This document shows, one piece after another, positions 58,449 to 64,000 of a DNA stretch of 64,000 bases. The translations under genes and the position numbers were made by a program. The DNA is from Chrysomallon squamiferum. Its lineage: Eukaryota; Animalia; Mollusca. How positions within the stretch are numbered: position 1 is the stretch's first letter; each line of letters opens with the position of its first letter. The stretch covers positions 16,554,001-16,618,000 of the forward strand of contig CM022672.1 in NCBI GenBank assembly GCA_012295275.1. The letters are read 5' to 3'. The notes beneath the pieces were generated by a model. It saw nothing but the letters and a program-made list of their open reading frames with translations. It made no database searches and was not told the origin of the DNA.

Positions 58449-58559
58449 CCACCTTCGGATTCGTATGTACGCGGTTATTATCGTGTTAGAGCTGTTGATT
58501 ACTGGAAAAGAGCTGGCGAATTCTCTTTGCCACAGATGTACCCTGATGATTCCAAGTAA
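49075..58559 (+). CDS. IDUA: Alpha-L-iduronidase (GH39), 15 exons
   Basis: Exons 49075-49256, 49897-50040, 50522-50712, 50924-51019, 51535-51728, 52074-52174, 52559-52637, 53257-53506, 54356-54443, 55173-55276, 55849-55970, 56992-57117, 57480-57556, 57895-58010, 58447-58559. Hydrophobic signal peptide; [31 protein letters not shown] (acid/base Glu), [11 protein letters not shown] (nucleophile Glu, split across exons 6/7), [32 protein letters not shown]. Confidence 0.96.
52978..53256. repeat. Compound trinucleotide microsatellite (TTG/TTA/TCA/GTA) running up to the IDUA exon 8 acceptor
   Basis: Directly visible; it produces the spurious Leu/Val/Cys-run ORF 52979-53260. Confidence 0.85.
53670..54196. 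repeat. 31-bp minisatellite, ~17 copies, in IDUA intron 8
   Basis: Unit AATGATACAAATCTTGTTAAT(G/C/A)T(G/A)AACCTTA; near-perfect at about 54000-54196 and progressively more diverged toward 53670. Confidence 0.9.
56206..56951 (+). mobile_element. Internally deleted Tigger/pogo-type (Tc1/mariner superfamily) DNA transposon in IDUA intron 11
   Basis: 23-bp TIRs CAGTGGTACCTCAACTTACGAGT / ACTCGTAAGTCAAGGTACCACTG (2 mismatches), TA flanks inside a (TA)n run. Remnant CENP-B-type [41 protein letters not shown] at about 56515-56635. Confidence 0.92.
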
Positions 58560-60299
58560 CTAGTCTGATATATATTTCCACATTGTTAACATACATATGT
58601 TTTTATACATTTAATACATTTTATAAAATAAAATATATTTTTTCAAATTCGTACTTTCAGTCGTATTATTTCTCTTGATAGATATGCTTGCATTAAAAAA
58701 AAAAATAATAAAACAACTTTTTTTTTATATACAATCTCTTAATTGTTACGTTTTAAAGCTAGATATCATTCAGAATAACATTATATACAGATATCAGGTA
58801 TATTTTTCTAATGTAATAATGATGATACACACTGTCGTCATTTCATGGTTCTGTTATCGATTAAAAAGAAGCCATTAAAAAAAAATAATAATACTAAGTC
58901 ATCTTACAGTACATCATATACTATTTGTGACATGTGAAATTATATTTCCAGTCATGCCTTAGACGACTGCTTAAACACAGTTAAAACCACGGTCAGTGTT
59001 CAGATGAATGTAACAAAATAATAAATTAAATATAAACCACATGTATGAGATTGCGATTTATGTTGACGTTCTAGATCATTGTTTTATTATATATGTGTGT
59101 GCGTATGCGTGTATGTATGTGCGTTTGTGTTCACTCGTGCGTGCGCGTGAATAATATATATGCATATTTGTAGAATTTATATAGAAACTATGTTTTACTT
59201 CAGTCAACTTCACCTGGAAATACCAAATTATACCATCTAATTTTTATTCAACACTTGTTGCTTCATTGTTAACTAAGATAATTCCATATATTTATCATAT
59301 GTATTGTCTGAACAGATATTAAGTAGTACTAATTACTTCAGTTGAAACTTGTATTACCTGAATAAGATGAGCAACATTAAAGATTTTTTTACTTATTATT
59401 AATAAATCCTAATTGATTTTTGTTGTAGATTTATATAAGAAGTGCTTCTTATCAAAAAAATAAAAAATAGACAGAACAACATTAAATAATAATAGCTATG
59501 TAAAGTGCTGATTCGAGACCGATATTTTGAAAAAGGTTTCAAGACGAAATAAGATTCGTTATTAAGATAAAAAAAAAAAAAAAAAAGTCTGTCTGGAAAG
59601 AAATGGGATTTCTCTTCTATATTAGAACCCGCACATGAATTGAATAATAATAATAATAATAATAGTAGTAGTAGTAGTAGTAGTAGTAATAGTAGTAACA
59701 GTAATGTAGTAGTATAGTAGTAGTAGTAGTAACAAGATTGAAGAAGAAATAGAAGTAAAAAGAAAACAAGTAATAATGAAAACCGCAAACTAAAACAGCA
59801 GCTTCAAATTGTAGGTTTGAAATCTTGCAGTGAGACATGCTTCAGAAAGAACGTATCCCTGGATTCTAATTTACTGTTCATCGATGAACTTAGCCGTTTG
59901 ATGCCGGTAACGCCGTGAGCATATCAACCATTAGAAAACATTAAATACTGCCAAGTTAAACAACATACACTCGATATTTAAATGAAGAATATATCTAATT
60001 ACTTAATGCAAAAATCCGATTCAATATTTATATATATATTTTCTCTTATAAGCTAGAATATACGGTCAAACACATGCGTGCATACATACATGCAAACATA
60101 CATTCATACACATATGCACATATATTTCCCGAATGTATGTATTTATGTACATACTAATATATAGTAAAATTATCAACTGAAACCTAAAACTTCAGTTCTG
60201 GTCTGTTACTTTCAGTACTTGTTTGTAATAACAAAACGCAATCAGTTTTCTATTTACTTAATATTACCTTCCATACATCAGCAGACTACTTAGATCCAG

Positions 60300-60870
60300 T
60301 CAGTTTGCTGCTGTGTAAACTCATACCATTGGCTGATAGGTAGATAGCATCGACTGAAAAAGAAAACGAAAGAAAAGCCCACTAAAAATAATACATTCCC
60401 CCCCACCCGATATAAGTTAAGAACCCCCCCCCAAACTAACAGTATTCCATCTTCATTACTTTCAAAACATCGGAATATTGTTTTGCTTTTTGTTAACTTT
60501 TGTTCGCGATTTTCGATTTGAAATGGATTTCTTTACTACCTTTTGTTTCAAGTCACGTTTTTCATCAGTCCACTTGAAACACAAATTAAAATATGCGGCA
60601 CAAAAGAAAGCCGGATCCCAAAACATGCAGCCGATAAAAGCCACTTACATCTTTTACTTTGTTTATATTATAACTGCACTCCAAGTCATTTGTTATCCTG
60701 GAGTTATCTGTAATTGAAAATACTTCTCATTTATCGATGCGCAGTGTCTTTTAGTATATTTCAGCTTTAGTTTTTAATTAAACAAACAGCAGCACTGACG
60801 TGATCAGAGATGTTTACGTTGTCATTGTTACTGGCTCATAAAAGCTCTTGTCCAAGAAAGGTAAATGTTA
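60300..60870. promoter_or_regulatory. Possible promoter and non-coding first exon of a gene extending beyond the window
   Basis: CpG-retaining region with CCATTGGCTG (~60326), TGACGTGA (~60797) and a donor-like AAG|GTAAAT at 60860/60861. No coding exon was found downstream. Confidence 0.3.
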
Positions 60871-61051
60871 CATTGTGTTGTTGAGACAAAGAGAGAGAAA
60901 AAAGAGAAGACGACTTAAGTGTAAAAACGGAATGAAGGATGGATACACACTCACAGACAGAGAAACAGATTCGTTGAGAGAAAAGCAAAATTATATGCAT
61001 ACATAGAGAAAGAAGCAGATTCGTAGAGAAATTCAGTTAGATAAACATTCA

Positions 61052-61054
<3 letters not shown>

Positions 61055-61130
<76 letters not shown>
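61055..61130. repeat. (AG)n microsatellite
   Basis: About 76-bp perfect tract. Confidence 0.95.
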
Positions 61131-61136
<6 letters not shown>

Positions 61137-61447
61137 ATATATAGAATCAGAAACAGACATCAATCAAAGAATAACAGACAGAGAATCAAGTAGGCACAGA
61201 AAATAAAGGAAGAGAAAATCACAGATTTATGCATATTAAAAGATTTGTTTAAAAGCACATTCTGTTAATAAAAGGGCAAAGAAAAGTTTAAAATTAAAAA
61301 TAAAATTAACAAAATATACCAAAAATTAATAATAATTACAACAATTTAGAGAAATCACTTTTAAGGATCAGCATGGATCATTTAAATCTCATCTCGACAT
61401 AGTGAGTCACAGTTAACTTCTTTTTTTCAGTGATTTATTATTTATTC

Positions 61448-61450
<3 letters not shown>

Positions 61451-61527
<77 letters not shown>
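61451..61527. repeat. (TC)n microsatellite
   Basis: About 77-bp perfect tract. Confidence 0.95.
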
Positions 61528-61531
<4 letters not shown>

Positions 61532-61901
61532 GTCTCTTTATGTCTCTGTCTCTCTTTCTCTTGGAATTTTTCTATTTTAAAATCATAAAAAATTAAAGTC
61601 TTGTCGCGAAAAGCCTTCCGTTAATCGAATCTGCGCTTTCACCTGAAAAGCGGAAATTACTGCGAGGCATGTTCTCCATCTTGCATCTGTTTCTTATGTT
61701 ATCCTGAACAAACATTCAGACAAGTTTGAGATGAGCTCACAAAATTAATGCGAGTCAGCAAGGCGAAAAAAGCAAACAGAGATGTCATATTGTTATGACT
61801 ACACAATCTGGTCTGAAATACTGTTCTATGAAGCACTTGTATGACCTTTTTTTTTTGCTCATTCCAGCTTTTACTGAATATCAGGTCAAAAAAGATTATT
61901 G

Positions 61902-61950
<49 letters not shown>

Positions 61951-64000
61951 ACATAATGATTATTTCTTGCGGTTTATGAAAGCTTAGAAAGAGAACAGAA
62001 ACGTATTAAGTCTGAAGGCAAATAGCAGACATCTGACATTTAATATTGTTTAATACTTAGATATCTTGGGTTGCCATTAAGTAAATTAATAGTTCGTCCT
62101 TTCGTTCAGATATTTGGGCTGTCTTTCTTGAATAATTATCTCTTCTGTCTGATTATCAGTTTATCCATATAAGGAGGTGGATTAGTGAATGTCCAAGAGT
62201 TCTCAGTACACTTCGTGTCATCAACACGTGCACTCAAGATGTTTTAAGATAACAGACCAGAGGGAACTAGATAAGTGTGTATAATGGTTACATTGTTTCG
62301 TTTTTCCTTTTCGTCAGGTGATTGATTGCACACCATCACAACATCTCCTAAATTATTACACAACAACAAGATACAAAACAACAACAAACAAACAATAATA
62401 ATAAAAAAAAAACCTGCAACAACCTCCTCAAAAAGAAAAAAAAGAAAAACAACCCCAATATATATAAAACATTTTTTCATTAAATATTTATTTATTTATT
62501 TATTTATTTTAGAAAATTGTGAGATAAATTAATTTTTAAGTATTCCAATACCAAACTTTTAGTTTATTTTATTTCTTTTTGTTTATATATATTTTTTTTT
62601 TCGTACAATATTGCTTCTAAATTTAGAGTTATTAGACTTTTGTTAGCTTCGGGCTAGCCGATTTTTACTCTGACGTTTATTATTACTACAATCCAGAAAC
62701 CAACGCACTGATCCATAGTTAAAGGAAGAAAAAAGAAACAAAAAAGTGACATCCAGTATTTACTGAATCACCTTTTATGAAAGAGTTCATACTTAAATTG
62801 AAAAAAAATGAGAATAAAAAAAATAATCATAATAAAAAAATGATAATAATAATTACCCCCACACACACACAGAAAAAAAAACAAAGACAAAAAAACTAAA
62901 TGATTGATTTCGCCGTAATATTATTAATAAAAATCATTCTTGGATGAACGTAATATCCATAAATAAAGTGGTTTTTTTTTTTTGGTTTTTTAAACTTTTA
63001 GTATGAAAGATAAGTCCCATATAAAAACAGTAATTTAATAATGGAAGTAAATTATATTTGCAGGTAGATTTGTTTAAGTCATAACAAATGGAATCCATTT
63101 CTATGTCTTTTTTTAAAGAAATTTATTTCATTTAATATCAATTTATCAATCCACGAAAGATTATTTTTACTAAGTGACCTCTATTTTCTTTTTAGATTTC
63201 ATATAAACTAATAATATAATAACAATAGTAAATGAAGCTTTTATAAATTATAGTGATGTATATAAATTGAATCAGTTTAGAATCGCCTTTTCAGTCTTTT
63301 AAGAATATTTAAACGATCAGTATAAATTAGATGATAATTACATACTCCTCTTGTCTAAAAAAAGATCAGTTATCTATGTTTCAATATATATATATTATTT
63401 TATTATTATTTAATGATATCATTCTTATTTAGTTTCAAACAAAAATAGATATAAAAAAAGTAACAAAGATGTAATTTAATGTATTTTTAATTTTAATTTG
63501 TTTATAAATAATTGAAGATTTGAAGCTGTTTCAGTGCTTTGAAATGTATCATTTCTGTACTAATTCATCTTTTCTGTGTCACAGTGTAAAAAAAATCAAA
63601 AATTACATAAAGAGATTTAAAACCATATATAAATACCATAATTAGGTAAACTAAAATAAAAATTAAAAAAACACACAGGTAGAGACATCCAAGGCTTAAA
63701 ATTTAATAGGTCTGATATTAGATCAAAATGATTAACACGATCCTGTATAAGAACGAGAATTATCGCGAACATAAGCTGTCTGAGTGAACCCATATAAAAT
63801 AGTCACAGACAGACAGACAGACAGATTTAGTGACAGAAATACACAGACATAAAACAAATCCCAATAAAATAAAATAAAAATAAACATCAGTAAACATGAC
63901 AAAAGTGTATTGCAAAGACACATGTAAACCTAATGTTCGGATTACGGTATCTGTACACTGGTTGACTGTTTTCAGAGTCGTGTCTAACAGTGGTTCAGCT

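Overview
This is AT-rich, intron-rich animal DNA, probably from a gastropod mollusc (an inference from gene set, repeat types and CpG-depleted gene bodies). It is not prokaryotic, and most short ORFs in the track are microsatellite noise. Seven genes were rebuilt by hand from splice sites and reading frame: the 3' end of CCDC186 (+), an intronless FADS6-type desaturase (+), an intronless Taspase-1/TASP1 ORF (-), a small 5-exon C10orf143-like gene missing from the ORF track (-), a 25-exon TRPM channel with no C-terminal enzyme domain (+), NELF-A (-) and alpha-L-iduronidase IDUA (+). Repeats include a hAT MITE, a Tigger-derived element, probable SINE remnants and minisatellites. The main finding is that TASP1 has no visible promoter of its own. 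It sits behind a splice acceptor about 600 bp downstream of the C10orf143-like stop codon, which suggests a bicistronic or shared-promoter transcript with a possible stop/start overlap. Other findings are three candidate micro-exons, a tandem array of in-phase decoy splice acceptors in TRPM and a 39-bp duplicated element. All gene models are unconfirmed by transcript data or database searches.
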